Made by a program: the position numbers and the translations under genes. This document shows, one piece after another, positions 51,000 through 64,000 of a stretch of DNA of 64,000 nt (its first letter is position 1; each line of letters starts with the position of its first letter). The notes beneath the pieces are model-generated. The model did not search any database. It saw nothing but the letters and a program-made list of their open reading frames with translations, and was not told where the DNA came from. Source of the DNA: Raillietiella orientalis (Eukaryota); the NCBI GenBank assembly GCA_036172245.1, contig JAYWIR010000028.1, positions 744,001-808,000 of the forward strand, in the 5' to 3' direction.

Positions 51000-53900
51000 T
51001 GGCCTGGAGAGCTGACGCGCGATGAGGAAGATTCCATCCCTAGCTTCCTGCGCCAGACGGGGTCAATTGCGGATCCCAAGTAGCGAGGAACTAGAAGGAC
51101 AGCAGCCTCGTTGTCCTGCTCCCAGTTGTTGGCGTGATGCCTCTACTATCGCGGTTCCACAGAATGTGGCACCGAATGGCCGCAAGCTGAGATCTTGGTT
51201 CAGGACGGAAAACCTTCTCAGCAGGTTTCTTGCCTCACTCTAGAGATTCGAAAGATCTCCGACTAGGCATATCCACCCAGATTCTCCGGTACTGCAGCTC
51301 GGGGTAATGAATGCGGAAACGATTCTATCTTCCAGCTTCAGTTTGGAGAGGAACTCTGTCTCGACACGCGGTATCGGTGCTCGCTGCTCAAAATGACACA
51401 CCGCATTTCCTATTACCGATGCTTAGAGAAAAACACCTCCTCAGCGAGTGTTTGTCAGGCAGACAGAATACCTACTCAATATCATGCTCAAGATGGCACC
51501 AAGAGTGGCAGTAAAGACGAGGGCCGTGGCTAGTTCAAGGGTCTTTAAACTAGCCATGGCCCTCGCTTTGGCAGTTGGCAAGAAGACCGCCTCTCCCCCA
51601 AATGAAACCCAGACCATCAAAATCTTCCTCCGCAGAACAGCATTCAACTCATTAAATGCTCTTTTTAGACCGTACTCAGCGCACATGGTGGAGTTCCTAG
51701 AAGGTCTGTCACACTCAGTGATGGACTCAGCCTCGTGGTTCACACTCGGTGAACCACGAGACTAATCGCGAATCGGAAGAGTGATCCCGATCTCTGTAGA
51801 TTGCGAGCTTTCGAGATGTCAACTCATCAATGCAGATGCACCGCTGATGCATTCGGTTCCAAATTTTTGGTCAAATCGCCAATTTTCAGAAAGTGACTTT
51901 CTACAAGGTAGCAGTCCAAATCTCATTCTTCTATCTCTTGGTGCTGCAGGCGAAATGGAAGGAATTCATCGAAACCATTTGTTTCTTGAAAGCTTAGACA
52001 GAAAACGATGGAACCAGAGATCGTAGCATAAATCTTTCAAATATCCCAACGCAGGAATCGCACAATGAAATGCAGCCACCGAGCTCACTGTCTGCACATT
52101 GCTCTCTTCATGTACATGCTTAAGATGACATTTGTTTGAGGAATTAGGCTCTACTTCGGATCAAGGGGATCAAATGAGAGCTATTTGCCTCATCTTTGTT
52201 GAGGAACCGTGGACCATGGGACACAAATCGCTCAGCACTTCACGGAAGACATGTATTGAAGCAGGGTAGATGGGATGACTCCTTCCTAGCGTTGCCGCGT
52301 AAGAAGAATCTCGGATCGATGTGGTTCCAATGTCGGCAAGCCGTTTGCTTGCCACCGTACCTTCACGAGGGATCTCCATGAACGGAAAAGAGCTGTTCGC
52401 AGATTTCCTGGATTATTCTATCTTTGTTTAGAACGATAGCGAAGATGGAGATACTCTCTTTTTTCCTTCTTGAGTGGGAGTTTTCCTTACCCATCGTGCT
52501 AATGAAGGATTTCTTTTCGCATGAGTCTCACTGTCAACAGACACGATCAGAATCTTCAAAATCTTTCAGAGCGACTAAGCAAACATACGCACTCTCCTCT
52601 CGGACTTCACAGATGCAAAGATGCCTCTCGTTTAGCCCTTTTTCTTTCTAGGAAATGCTGACAGATGCGCACCTTCGATCCACTCAGAACCGAGCAGAGT
52701 AAACGACAGAACGTAGATGGAAGTGGCTGAGATACACTATGACTAGCTGCAGTGTGCATCTGTGATTTTCTGCATCCTCCGATCCTCTCATCCCGGTGAA
52801 GGAAACAACGTAGAAATCCGATCAATCTTCTAAAAGTTCGGTTAGGTACGGTTCTTCCCCTTGCTCACTCGAACTCGGGATCGTAGTTCAAGAGGTTCTC
52901 GAACCGCCTGTGAGGAAAAGTTTCCTTCGGATTCTATGATGCAAAGATGAAACTAAGAATCTCTTGGATGCTTTCTCTCAGCCCCCTTATCACCTCTGAA
53001 GTGCTGAAGACTGCTTGAAAAACGTATCGAAGGATATGCCATTCCCTTCGGTTTGCAAAGATATCCACACCATGCCCATGGAGATTAAGAAAGGTAACTC
53101 TCCTTTTTCTTGAGATCGCAAGTATCTGGAAACCGATAACATTGGCATTTTGGACTCAAAAAGAACTTCATTTTCGAACTTCTTAGCCTCCATCTTGCAT
53201 GCTCCTAGCTCCTAGGAAGATTTCGATTCTCTATCGAGGAGAGAAAATTTCATCATCCAAATTGAGATCGCTTCTTGTGAGTAATTAATTCGTTTCGCTC
53301 ATACCATCATTTTTCTAATGAGACGGGCGGTGGAGCGCAATAAAAGTTCGTTTCTAGTGACCACCTCAGGTTAAGATTACTGGATGTTTACCCTTTTTGC
53401 TTTTCAGCTCCCATTCTTGGAAGCCGGAAAATTGCATTTGATTGAGCTGAAATAAATTTCATTCCTACTTAACAATCTTTTAAAAGGACTGCCATAGATG
53501 GATGGGACTTTTCTACAGTATTCTGCACGCTGTTGTAAATGAAGAGAACCTGATTGCAGTCACAAAAACACTATTAGTTATCACATCATCTTTTAGGATG
53601 CTTTCTCTGGAATAAGTGGAATAAACGGAAGCAGAAAGTTTCTTATGAGTTTTTACTTTGAATGTTCCTTATCGATAAGCCTCTACAGAGGAAAGCTGCT
53701 TTTTTACTGACCTATTGACTGTCTGTTAATGATTGAATAGGGTATATCTGCTGAAGGCTATGCATCTCTTGACTGAATGGTGGATATCTGTTACATTTAT
53801 AGGTTTCAGACATCCAATTCGATGAGTTCCACATCTCCATCAGAACAAGATAAAGCTGCTTAGCTTCACCGCATATAAATGTGAATCCATTGTGATAGCG

Positions 53901-54100
53901 ATTTAGGACGCCTTTTATGAACTACTACGCTTATCATCGTAATAACAAAAAAATCCACAAAAGTATCTTTCATAACCTTGAATGAAGGAAAACATCGAAT
54001 GCAAAAGTCTACCCAAAAAGTGAACAAAATAAAGGGAATGAAAGCACTTTGTTGTTTCCATGGGTGAATTGAACCAATTTCATCCATTAAAGAAAAAAAG
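51000..54100 (-). mobile_element. Degenerate Bel/Pao LTR-retrotransposon pol remnant
   Basis: EAKKFENEVLF..GELPF (pre-RT), SSFPF (SSPF) and AEYG..VFLPTAKARAMASLKTLELATAL (AYG...V.L..AK.R.AP.K..IPRLEL.AA; Pao RNase H/A17 region). Confidence 0.55.
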
Positions 54101-55830
54101 CCATTGGATGAAAACACCTCCACCGCAACCGTGATTCAAGAGAAAAGCAGAAGCAGAAGCCCTGTTCACTTTCTCAAGGCGAGCCACCCTGGTCAGTGAG
54201 TGATTTTGCTAGACCTGAGGCTTCGACCAAGCTTCCCTTGAAAACACGAGCAAACTTTCAAGGTGGGATGTTTTGACCGAAAATGCCTAAGGTTACAATA
54301 GAGGAATCTTGCTGTTCGAGTGCAAATCTATACACAAAGGAAATTGATGTAAGGAATGGAAAGGATAATTTAGGTTTTATTATAGTTAGGCTTTTTCTTT
54401 CCCATCAGCACGGCAGCTACCAAGCGGGATACGTACTTCTAAGAATTCGTCTTCAAGTCGTTTCTGGCAACGGTTGGTAGGAATGGGAAAGGTTCCTTGC
54501 TTTCAGGAAAACGCTTCTAACGTTGCACCACTAAGATTCGAGTGCTCCTTAAAACGTGTTAGTATTTCCTCTTAGAGATTGCACACTAAAGGAATGCGTT
54601 TGAATCTTTCGAGATACCAGGTATCTGCAACCACGCAGAATGATACACGAGATAAGTCATCTTGTTTCCATCAACTTTTATCTTTAGCAGCATGATGAAG
54701 TTCCTAAATAATTGAGATTGAGATGTTTAAGGTTAGGATTTGCTTACTCCAAGCACCATGTTCTTGTGTTCCCAATAAAGAATGACTGCCTTTCTGTTGG
54801 ACTACTCCAAATGTAAAACATACCAATTTTCTGATTATTGCAATTGCCTCTTGCAACGATGCAAGTTCTTCCTGGTAATTTGAATCAATGCTTTACATTT
54901 TTTTTTGAAAAAAATATTTGCTTCTAAAAAAAACTTGATGGGAGACCCAATCACGATCTTCCCTTTTCTCTTGTTTCTCCACAGAACACGAAGTCTGGTG
55001 ACAAAGAGTAATCTGAAAAGCATCTCCTTATCGTTGGCGAGGATCTAAAATCACCATTCAGATAGCAACGAATTGAGAGAGCAAAAATACCATCATTTGC
55101 AAAATGTTTGAAAACCGATTTCACCTTGTTGGCCAAGGATGGCATTCCTTTAGTTGGCCAGACATCATTCCGAAGATGATGAGATAAAAACGTATACAGT
55201 ATGTCAGTGAAGATTTACAAATCTAAATTCCACACGACCGATCTCGTAAGTGAAAGCCAGGCAGTTTTATGTACAGAAAATTCTCTTGAAATTCGATTAT
55301 GTATTCCCTTTATCATCCCTGAGCATAGGGAGCAGCGCTTAAAGATGATGCTGGGGATCTCAAGTTATTGGGGAGAAGAAACAGGAAATCATGAAAGAAC
55401 TTGAAAATGTTTAAAGATAATCTTGTCTCGATTCTTTGGGGAAAAAAAATCATCATTCTAATAAGTTGTCTCTTTTTTCTTTCGGATCAAGCAGAACTCT
55501 AGTAGCACAGGAACTGGAAAATCAATTGTAAAAGCGAAAAAAATAATAATAATGCATTTACAATAGAACGCAGCCCACAAAAATCGAACGGGTGGCAAAA
55601 GGTACCAACGTGTGGGCAAGAAAAAAAAAAACGGAAAAATAGGTCTCCTACGTAATTTCGTATCTCTCGATAACCTGAGAGATCAAGGAACTGTCCGAGA
55701 CACTTAAGAACGAAGCCAAAATTCTCCCAAGTCGGATTTAGGTGGCAGTTCCGTGCGTTGTAAACAAAACCGTCGATAACGTTTAGCCCACATGCCGCCA
55801 ACTGGATGCGTTGAAATCTGTACAAATAAC

Positions 55831-58800
55831 ATGGAATCTGCCGTCTCTTTTAAATTCATTTCAGACTTCGATTCGGGAAATTTAGCCAGAGTAGAATTTG
55901 AGAAAAGTAAATCAAATTTTACTAGAGGTAAGAAATTCAACTTCAGTTAATTAACTCCTTATGCGATCTCAGGATGCGGACTTCAGTGTTTTGTAGCGCT
56001 GATACGATTAATAAAGTAGCATTAGTACATTTTTGGTCATAAGTATTTTTGGTACTTTCTTGGTAGTGGAGTAATGCAGACAGATGCACTTTCTCTCTGG
56101 AAGATTATTCACGTACACGTAGTTGGTAGTTCTTAAATGCTGATGGGTTAATGTATGGCACCATTGCATGTATGAAATTGATTGTAGTCGATTCATTTGA
56201 GCATCAGGGGGGAATGCCGACCTAATGAACATGAAAAAACCGTTGAGTTTTATTACTTAAATGGGTATTCGGCAGTTTATTGCTTCCAACAGTCCTGTAA
56301 TCAAAGATTGTACATTGATGTGAAGTGTTATCACAGATTTCCTTCAGCTAGTAATCTGTGTGTTGGTAAAAGCCTACTTCTGTATGGGAATCTTTGTTTC
56401 TGTTCTGAGTATTCCCAATTCGTAAAACTTGAATTTTGACTCTTCTCATGTAAGTTCCAGGGCCTTTATTGCAAGCAAATCTTATGGTTGTTATTAACAC
56501 ATTTTACTCATCTTGAGAGTAGTTTGTGTGCAAAGATATATATGATTTGTTGTTTCTGGGGGGTTCATTTCTGTTTGGATTGTTTATTATGCTACCATCC
56601 TCCCCTAATTAGTATCTTAGCAAGGCACCATAGACTAAAAAACTAAGCTTGTAAAATAGTTAATTTATGCCCACATTTTGAAAATTCTTCTGGCATTGAG
56701 ATTGCACTGGATTAGATCCATGGCATTTGCATCTCCTAGCAAAGGATTCTCACTTATTCCGTTTTCGGATGAATCAGCAGAGTTTCAGTTAAGAGGGTCT
56801 ACTTCTAGCAAAGCATCTGTATGCTAGTCCAATGTGCATTACTGATTATTTTTTCTATTATGTATTCCACAGATTTTTGGGTTGTGAGGGCGGGCATCTT
56901 AAAGCAGTCTGTTCAAAAACCTCATTTAGTTTAATTTATTCATCTTGGTGGAAATTGCACCACTGTTTGTAACTGCACTGCTGAGGGCCAGTGTTCTCCT
57001 CAGTGAAAAATGAAATACAGCTTTATTCTGCTGTTGTGCATGCCTGAAGTGTAGAAGACCAAAAATCATGTGGCAGCATAATTGCAAAGGAAAATTTGTT
57101 TCAAAAATGTATGATCAAAATTATAAGCTAGAGATTTACCTTCAATGCATTCAAAATTTTCGCAGTATTTCGATATGTTTTTCGCAATGGTCGCACAGGC
57201 AGGTTTTGCCTCAGATGAAACATTTAATATGACACATAAATCTGTCATGAAGCGCTCAGTAGACTGACTTGGCTTCCCTGAAGAGGAGTTCTTCCAAAGA
57301 TGTTTAAGAACGAGCATGTCCACCTAGGAACACGGTATTGATGGATGAGTTGATTCGTCTGTTCTTCAATGCAAGAAAATCAGCACAAAACCCCCATTAT
57401 CGGTATCCTCACATATGTATATTCGGCAGTATTTAGCGAGATTTTGCAAAAATTCACTTCGTAGTGAGTACTTTTGCGTTATTTCACTGTAATTGTCCCT
57501 TTTAGGCGCACTTCCTTTACACCTTGGTTTCCGGACATAAATAATTTTACATTGGACGTGAATGGAGTGAATGGGACTGGGGGCGACGGGAAGGGGGGAG
57601 GGGAAGTCTTTTGTTGTAGCGGCGGGTTTGAAGGCACCCCCAGTCCAGATGTTTGCAATCATTTGTCTCGGTATTCAGCATCTTAATAAATAAGGGAGAA
57701 GTACACCTGGATGTTGAATGGGAAGCATCAAGGAACCCAACTGGAAAGTTGAAGCACGTCCACGTTTTGATGTGATTCTGTATGCTATTAGGAACCTCAA
57801 TCTCGAAAGCAATCTATATAAGAACCATGAGAGCAAGAAAATAGTTTTGCACGAAAACGTGCACAGGAGGACGCCGTTTTATTTTATGCCTTCATATACC
57901 TGATAAAAATTCTTTCAAGGAATCGTGGCTCTTGTGACATTACGTCCTTCTCTTGAGTTCAGGAATTTGTTAGTTTTTCCTTTTTTTTTTTTTTTCCTCT
58001 TTGGCAATGCTATGTCGGACAAGAATCAACAGAGTTTCTTAAAATTAGTCTCCCACCTATTTCATGAGAACTGGATATTACAGTCAGTAAGAGCAAAAGA
58101 CAATGTATAATGGAAACCTCGAGATCAGCTCTTGAGGTCAGGAATGCGAGCTTGCCATTTTTCCGGTAGCAGAAGCCTCGACACCCCTCGGTTGATGTCT
58201 TCGTGCCTTTTTGAGGATGTTCACATCGGCATGTTCATCAGCTAAACGATCTCCATCCCGTTGATCCTGGCATGATCTCCTCTCCTCCATCCAATTTTCG
58301 AGTGTCGAGTCCTTAGCGTGTACGTGAAGCTGAAAAGTGGAAAATTTTGGAATGGTTCGCCATCTTTCCAGTGATTTCCAAAAGAGGCGTGGCCCTAAGA
58401 GGAACCATTCTTTGAATTCCTTCTGATGAGGACTGGTTACGGGAGTTTGCCTCCTCCTTCATCAACGTGTCGTTTTCTTCGAACGCAGGCTTTGTGGTTG
58501 TTTGCTTAGGAAGAACGCATTGACTTTGCCGTGCTAGTGTTGCTGGGAATGTCTACACGAATCCACATAACCGTGTTCGTGATCTATTTGAGGGGCAGCC
58601 GTGTTTCCCTTCGAGGCGCGGTAGCTCTTTTCCGGAACATGCCGGTGAGAAATCTGAGATCGTGTAATGTGCTGTGGAAAGTGGATCGAAAACCCATCTG
58701 ACAAGCCTTGCCAGAGTGCTGCGACCAAACTGTGGCCAAGAGGAATTCCCAGAGAGAATTCGGTCGTATCGTTCGAGCAGAGAAAGCGTTCCAGACCCCA

Positions 58801-61800
58801 AATACTAAGGATAGATGTGGTCGGTTATGAGCAGAAGTCAGATGCCAGGAGGAGGTGATTACAATCATTCATCACACACGTGGAATCAGTTGAAGCACTG
58901 TGTTGTATCAGCTCGCCGTGTAATTTTTCTTCTGATCGAGCCAACTCTAGAATTCTTAATTGCAGTGATGTACAGAGCAATGCCAAATTTGGGAACTAGC
59001 AGCTCCTCTCAGGGCTTATTTCATCGAGAGGCACTAACACGAGTGGGTGCTTACGGAATTTCGTTTACCTCCGCGTACACTCTGCCGGAGAACGAAAGTG
59101 TTCTCAGACTGTCCTTTCTCTAATTTAGAAAGGTAGAAAATTCTCTCAGCGAAACAGCATACGAAATTGGTCTTTCTTAGATTAGAAAGTAGCAAATAGA
59201 GTATAGCGAAAGCAACGTAGTCGTGGAATGTGTCAAAAAAAGCATTCCCATTCTCATAGGAGAATGACGCTATTCTGTGGCTGCTGAGGTTTGCTTTACG
59301 TCCCTCTGCGAAAATTGTCGCTTCCTCGGTTTCTTTCTTCCCCTGAATGAGAATTAGAAAGAGAGCGTTCGAAAAACCCTAACCGGAACAGTTAGTGTCC
59401 TTTTTTTTCTTTTCCTTTCATACACTTTCTTGTGATGCACTTATTTTGCAAAATGAAGGTGGCACTTTCCTGCACTCGGAAAATTATTCTATTGCCGTGA
59501 ATCCTGGTACCTCAATTTCCATGAATTCTATTACCTGTACACAGTACTCTGATCTCGAAGAGATCGAGATCTTTTCTTTCCTTGCAATGCAAAGTACACG
59601 CAAATTCCTTGCATCTATGGATCTTTGTTTTTATAAGGATCGTGCAGGAGCACACGGACAAAATCACTCTTTTCAGCTTGTGTTCAAGGTCTCTCAATCC
59701 TTGAGAAAAATTCTTTTCTACGTATCGCTCTGCATTTTCCTTCCATAGGGAACAGATTTTTGATCTGGGGAGGTGGGACCAGAATGACCATCGCATGGCA
59801 TCATCTACATCTTTCCATAAGAAAAAAGACAGATGAACTTTGTGGTCCTCAGTCGAGACCGGGTGTACCTGGGCAAAGGGAAGAGCCCCAACTGTAAGAT
59901 GAATCGACCTAATGAGTGCGAAATGGATGGCGCCTCTGAACCCAAGTAAACTGATAGGCCTCAGAAAGTCGAATTCGCAATGGCGCACGGAGTTTGTTTT
60001 TCACGAAAGACATGGTTCAGGAGTGCTCTTATTCACGGTGCTGCCGAGAAGATCAAGAGCCTGCAAGGATAGGCAGGCTCCATCGTTTCTCCTACGTTGC
60101 CGAGCAATCCAGCTGGCAAAGGGATCTTTTGTTAACGGCACGGTGATTACGTAAAGGCTCGTTTCCGCAGAAAGACTCTCGCCTGGAGATGGACATCCAT
60201 CGCAGACTGCCGGCTGCAAGGAATGGAACAGGAATGATGGTGTCTTCCTTGTTTCCCAGTGAATGATGTGTCTTCTCTGGGAAACAAGTGTTTTGTAGTT
60301 CCAGCTTTGCATGTTGAGGAAATGGCAGCTGATCGTTCGTACGCCCGCATGCGGCAATTTTTTTTTTTTCTCTCTCTCTCTCTCTCCTGTTTGGCATTAC
60401 TCTCACTATTGTTTTTTTTTTTGCAAGTTGCGAGTCATGTGTGTGCTTGCCTGCTTTGTGTCGGCCTGTTGTTTCAATGTGGGCGTTTTCTCCGGTTCCA
60501 ATCGAGATCTTGGAACCATTCGACAACTTGCAGCAGCTATTTTTGTGGTTCCAAGCCGTCGTTTGCCGCCCATTGCTGTTGGAGCGCGAAATTTGCAAGG
60601 CAGAAATGAATCCCAACTCCTTACAGAGGAATCACGCGCGTTTTTCGAATCGGAAACCCCATTGCTTCGTCGAAAGAAAAGCTTATGTGTGTAATTGCTT
60701 CGCGTACTCGTTGAAAGCTGGTGATATAGCTTTTTAACGTCTCTGATTCCGAAGGGAACTCATGGTTTGATCTTCGGTTGTGGTTCAGCTGCATCGAATT
60801 CCTCCTTCACGTGACTCCACTCCGTATGATGACGATCCTCTTTTTCCTTGCTGCTTCTAAGACGACTTCAGGGCGCTAGCTGCAGATGCCTTTCAAGGAT
60901 GCGATTCATCTCCATCATTTCGCGCGAACCCAAAGCTGAACTCTTTAGGAGGTCATAATTTTTACCCAACTTTCAACCCTCCTATCACAATAGATACGTG
61001 GTTCTGGTAATGCATGCGACTTACGTAATGCGGGGTCTCCTATGAATGGAAGCTACTCGTGAATTGCGAGTTTTCAGGTATTCTTTTTGAACGTTGAATT
61101 TATGTGCTGTGTGACTTGGCAGAAAGCTGGAAAACCAAGACAGAAGCCCATCCGGACGGTGGCTCGCTTGGAAACGCCGTGACCCCCAATTATGAGTTCA
61201 ATCTGTGGATCAGTCCGGACTGCTACCAAACTTGTTTTGCTAATGCATACAAAACGTGGTTTTACTTCGGTGTGAAAGGTATTGCACACATACCCATCTA
61301 TGTTTTTATCTCTAACGCATTCTGGCAGGTGGTTGGCCAGGTTGTTGGCTTAAGTTCAATATGATGAATTCGAACAAACAAGTCAAACTGTACAAACAAG
61401 GAATGTGTCCAGTTTATAAGGTTGTACCAAATAAGAGACAGTGGCAAAGAATTAACCTGAAGCCTACCTTTTATGTAAGCCCATCTCATGTATTTTGAGC
61501 GTACCAACTGTGTTTTCTTCGATGTGAATGATGATTTCCCTCCTCCCCTGTTCGCTTTTGTCATGTGCCCTATTCTGTTTCCATGTGCGTTTGCCAGTAA
61601 AGCCCCGGAAAATGCGGAAGGAATTTGAGTTTGCGGAAAATTTTCAGAGATCAAACGCTGTAAATAAATCGATATACTTTGTGTTATACCGATTCACTGG
61701 TTGACAAACCCATTTCCCAAAAAGAAAAATTGGTTTCTCTTCATCGTAGCATGGATTTGTTTTTACTCACAGATAAATAGGACTTTCTTAATCGCAACCG

Positions 61801-64000
61801 AGCCGAGAGAGTTGAATGAGTTTGTGTTATGCGGTGTTTTATATACATTTGTGTTGTGTACATGTTTTTTTTTTTTTTTTTTTGGACAGTAGATATGGTT
61901 AGTCGTGTACGTGAGGAGGGTATGGCAGTATCTAACAGATTTTGTTTGATTATGGGTGTGCTCGCAACAGATTCGATCATTTTTTGCCGGTCGTCATCAT
62001 ACTTTTCGTGGTCTCCTCCCCTTTATCTCTGCAAAGATTAAAGATCCCGCGTAACGTGTTCACGTTTCTCCAAGCATGCTTCTTTTTTTCTTTTCTTTTT
62101 TTTCCCCCAATGGTTTCGGTTGATCCTTTACTGGCAAATTTTGCTCTTCGTAGAGCTTTGCTAATAAGAGGATCTCTGCAAACGATGTTTCATTTGTTCT
62201 TTGCAGCTTTGCATGTTAAACCCCTTGTAGACAACTCCGAGGCAGTTTTTCCTTTGCCTTTGTTTTGTGTACTCCATCAGTGTGTGAGATCAGAGAAATT
62301 ACATGGTCCAGACGTGTGTGTCCCGCATTCATTGCATGCATTGATGCTTTTCTTCTTCTTCTTCTTTTTTTTGGGGGGATATCCACTAATTCTCATGTGA
62401 TCACTTACCATATTAAGTCTTATGATCTTTTGCTTCTATTTTCGAGCATTGACTTTCCTCTGATGGTGAATGTATTCTGTTGGATTTTAACTCGTGAGAA
62501 TCGATCGCCTCGCCTGTATTTTGAAGGCCGTTAGGAGAATTTAATTCCATTTTCCATTCTTTTCTTTTGTCTCATCTGTGGCCTCTGGAAAGTCTGCTGT
62601 CATTTTCGCCCATCTTCCGCTCGTTTACTCGGTTGGTGTACCATAAGGAAAGTACCGACTATTTGTCCGAAACTTGTCGAATCCTCCGACTTAACGGGTG
62701 CCATCTCACTATGTTTCCTTTATCTGCATGATGTTCTTCAAACACATGACACCACCTCACGGGTCAAATGCGCAACTGTCCACAGTTGAATGAATGAATC
62801 TCAGCGTTCCCCCATTTCGATATCTTGAGAATTTAATTCATTAAAGATGCTGATTTTACATAGATAAATTTTCATTCCATGTGCAGGTGCCTAAGCATTC
62901 ATCTATCTATTGAAATTCTCTTTTGTATGTGTTTGTTTGTGTGTAATATGATAGCACATAGGAAAGGAAGTTTTTTGAACTCCAGATGAAGGAAAACAGG
63001 TTCGTCGTTTCCTTCGTGCACCAGATTTGCTGTTCGTCGTCTTCCATTACATATTTTGCGCTTACTTATCCATACAGTTACAAAAAATTGCAAAAGTTCT
63101 TGTGCAAACTGGATCAGAGAGTCAGCAAGCTCAAGATCCATCCAGATATTATGCACTCTCCCATTTACTATCACAGCGAGGTTCTGTGCTATTCTTTACA
63201 AGGACGAAGCATTAATCTGTTGACCATTAGTTCTCCCGACGGCATGATTTCCGAGCGAGAACCAAAATTTATCAATCTTTTTCCCACGTCGACTCTGAGG
63301 CCGCACCGATTTCCAACCAAGAAGATCATTTTCATAAGCTCTCGCGTACACCCAGGAGAGACACCCTCGAGTTTCATATTGGAGAGCTTCCTGGACTACA
63401 TCTGCAGACCTGATGATTTCTGCGCCAGAGAGCTGAGGAGGAAATACGTCTTCAAGATCATCCCCATGTTGAATCCAGACGGAGTGTTCTGTGGTCACTA
63501 CCGCACGGACACCCGCGGCGTGAATTTGAATAGGGTTTACGACAATCCGTGCCCCATCCACCATCCTTCGATATTTGCAGCAAAAATGCTTATTTTGTAT
63601 TTTCATAAACCTCAGAGGAGCTTGCGGGTTCTCTACGATAGCTTGCATCTTTGGAAGAACAATCGCCGTAGTCTGGACAATTTAGAGTTTTGTAAAAGCG
63701 TGACATCCCTTAGAAAGTGCACTTCCTGTCCTTCATTCACATTAAAAGATCTGCTTCGGACACGGGACAGCGTGGAGCACAGAACTTCTGTGTGTGCGAA
63801 AGAGTCAGTTGGAAAGAACGGCATCTGCTTGAGGAACCGCTTGATTCGCGTCCGTTCCTCTTCCGTGGGCGATGCCGAAGGATTGCAGAGGTCCCCCAAC
63901 AGCCCCAGTTCATTTCGTGAACTGGAATGTTCTTGTTCAACCTTGACTGAATCCGAGCAGAGCAGCGAAGATTCCAGCCGTTGGACAAGGAGTTGTGATT
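55831..64000 (+). CDS. AGBL5: Cytosolic carboxypeptidase-like protein 5 (tubulin deglutamylase, peptidase M14D), 5' part
   Basis: Exons 55831-55927 (MESAVSFKFISDFDSGNLARVE), 61123-61278 (YEFNLWISPDC..YKTWFYFGV), 61329-61474 (FNMMNSNKQVKLYKQGMCPVYK..WQRI) and 62986 to window end (YFALTYPYSY..YYHSEVLCYSLQGRSINLLTIS..SRVHPGETPSSF..KIIPMLNPDGVFCGHYRTDTRGVNLNRVY). The first three exons total 399 nt in frame. The HPGE zinc motif and NR motif are intact. Confidence 0.93.
56050..57500 (-). mobile_element. Degenerate hAT (Buster/Charlie-like) transposase in AGBL5 intron 1
   Basis: FVLIFLH*RTDESTHPS..GKPSQSTE..DL (F.L..DESTD.S...KPL..T...DI), then an LYFIFH segment like HC.IHRE. Confidence 0.45.
58100..59100 (-). 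mobile_element. Bel/Pao RT C-terminal fragment in AGBL5 intron 1
   Basis: FGVWN..; GRSTLARLVRWVFDPLSTAHYTI (LG..W...TKR......FDPLG...P). Confidence 0.45.
59400..60300 (-). mobile_element. Degenerate LINE (I/Jockey-like) RT fragment in AGBL5 intron 1
   Basis: ORF 59512-59988 contains FLRPISLL..AQ..STEDH (YRPISLL...Q.GF...ST.DH). Confidence 0.5.

Overview
Eukaryotic genomic DNA, most likely an arthropod (crustacean-like; this is inference from gene content). It has spliced genes with GT-AG introns and no prokaryotic operons, rRNA, tRNA or CRISPR. Four genes can be reconstructed by hand. (1, 2) A tandem pair of minus-strand paralogues (4069-8714 and 16943-~20089) encoding secreted proteins with a shared layout I do not recognise as a named family: signal peptide, two chitin-binding peritrophin-A (CBM14) domains, a ~90-aa amphipathic helical region, a paralogue-specific Thr/Pro-rich tandem repeat, and a conserved 39-aa C-terminal module. 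(3) A four-exon IGFBP-related protein (IGFBP-Kazal-Ig, IGFBP7/IGFBP-rP1-like; 38591-48153, minus). (4) The 5' part of cytosolic carboxypeptidase 5 (AGBL5; 55831 to window end, plus). Most remaining sequence looks like heavily decayed transposon remnants from many superfamilies (hAT, piggyBac, Helentron, Bel/Pao, Gypsy, DIRS, RTE/R2-like LINEs, possibly Transib/RAG1-like). These were recognised by eye from degenerate motifs, so they carry moderate to low confidence and approximate boundaries. The best candidate for an undescribed system is the paralogue pair, whose conserved-termini/variable-repeat design resembles silk, glue or matrix proteins.
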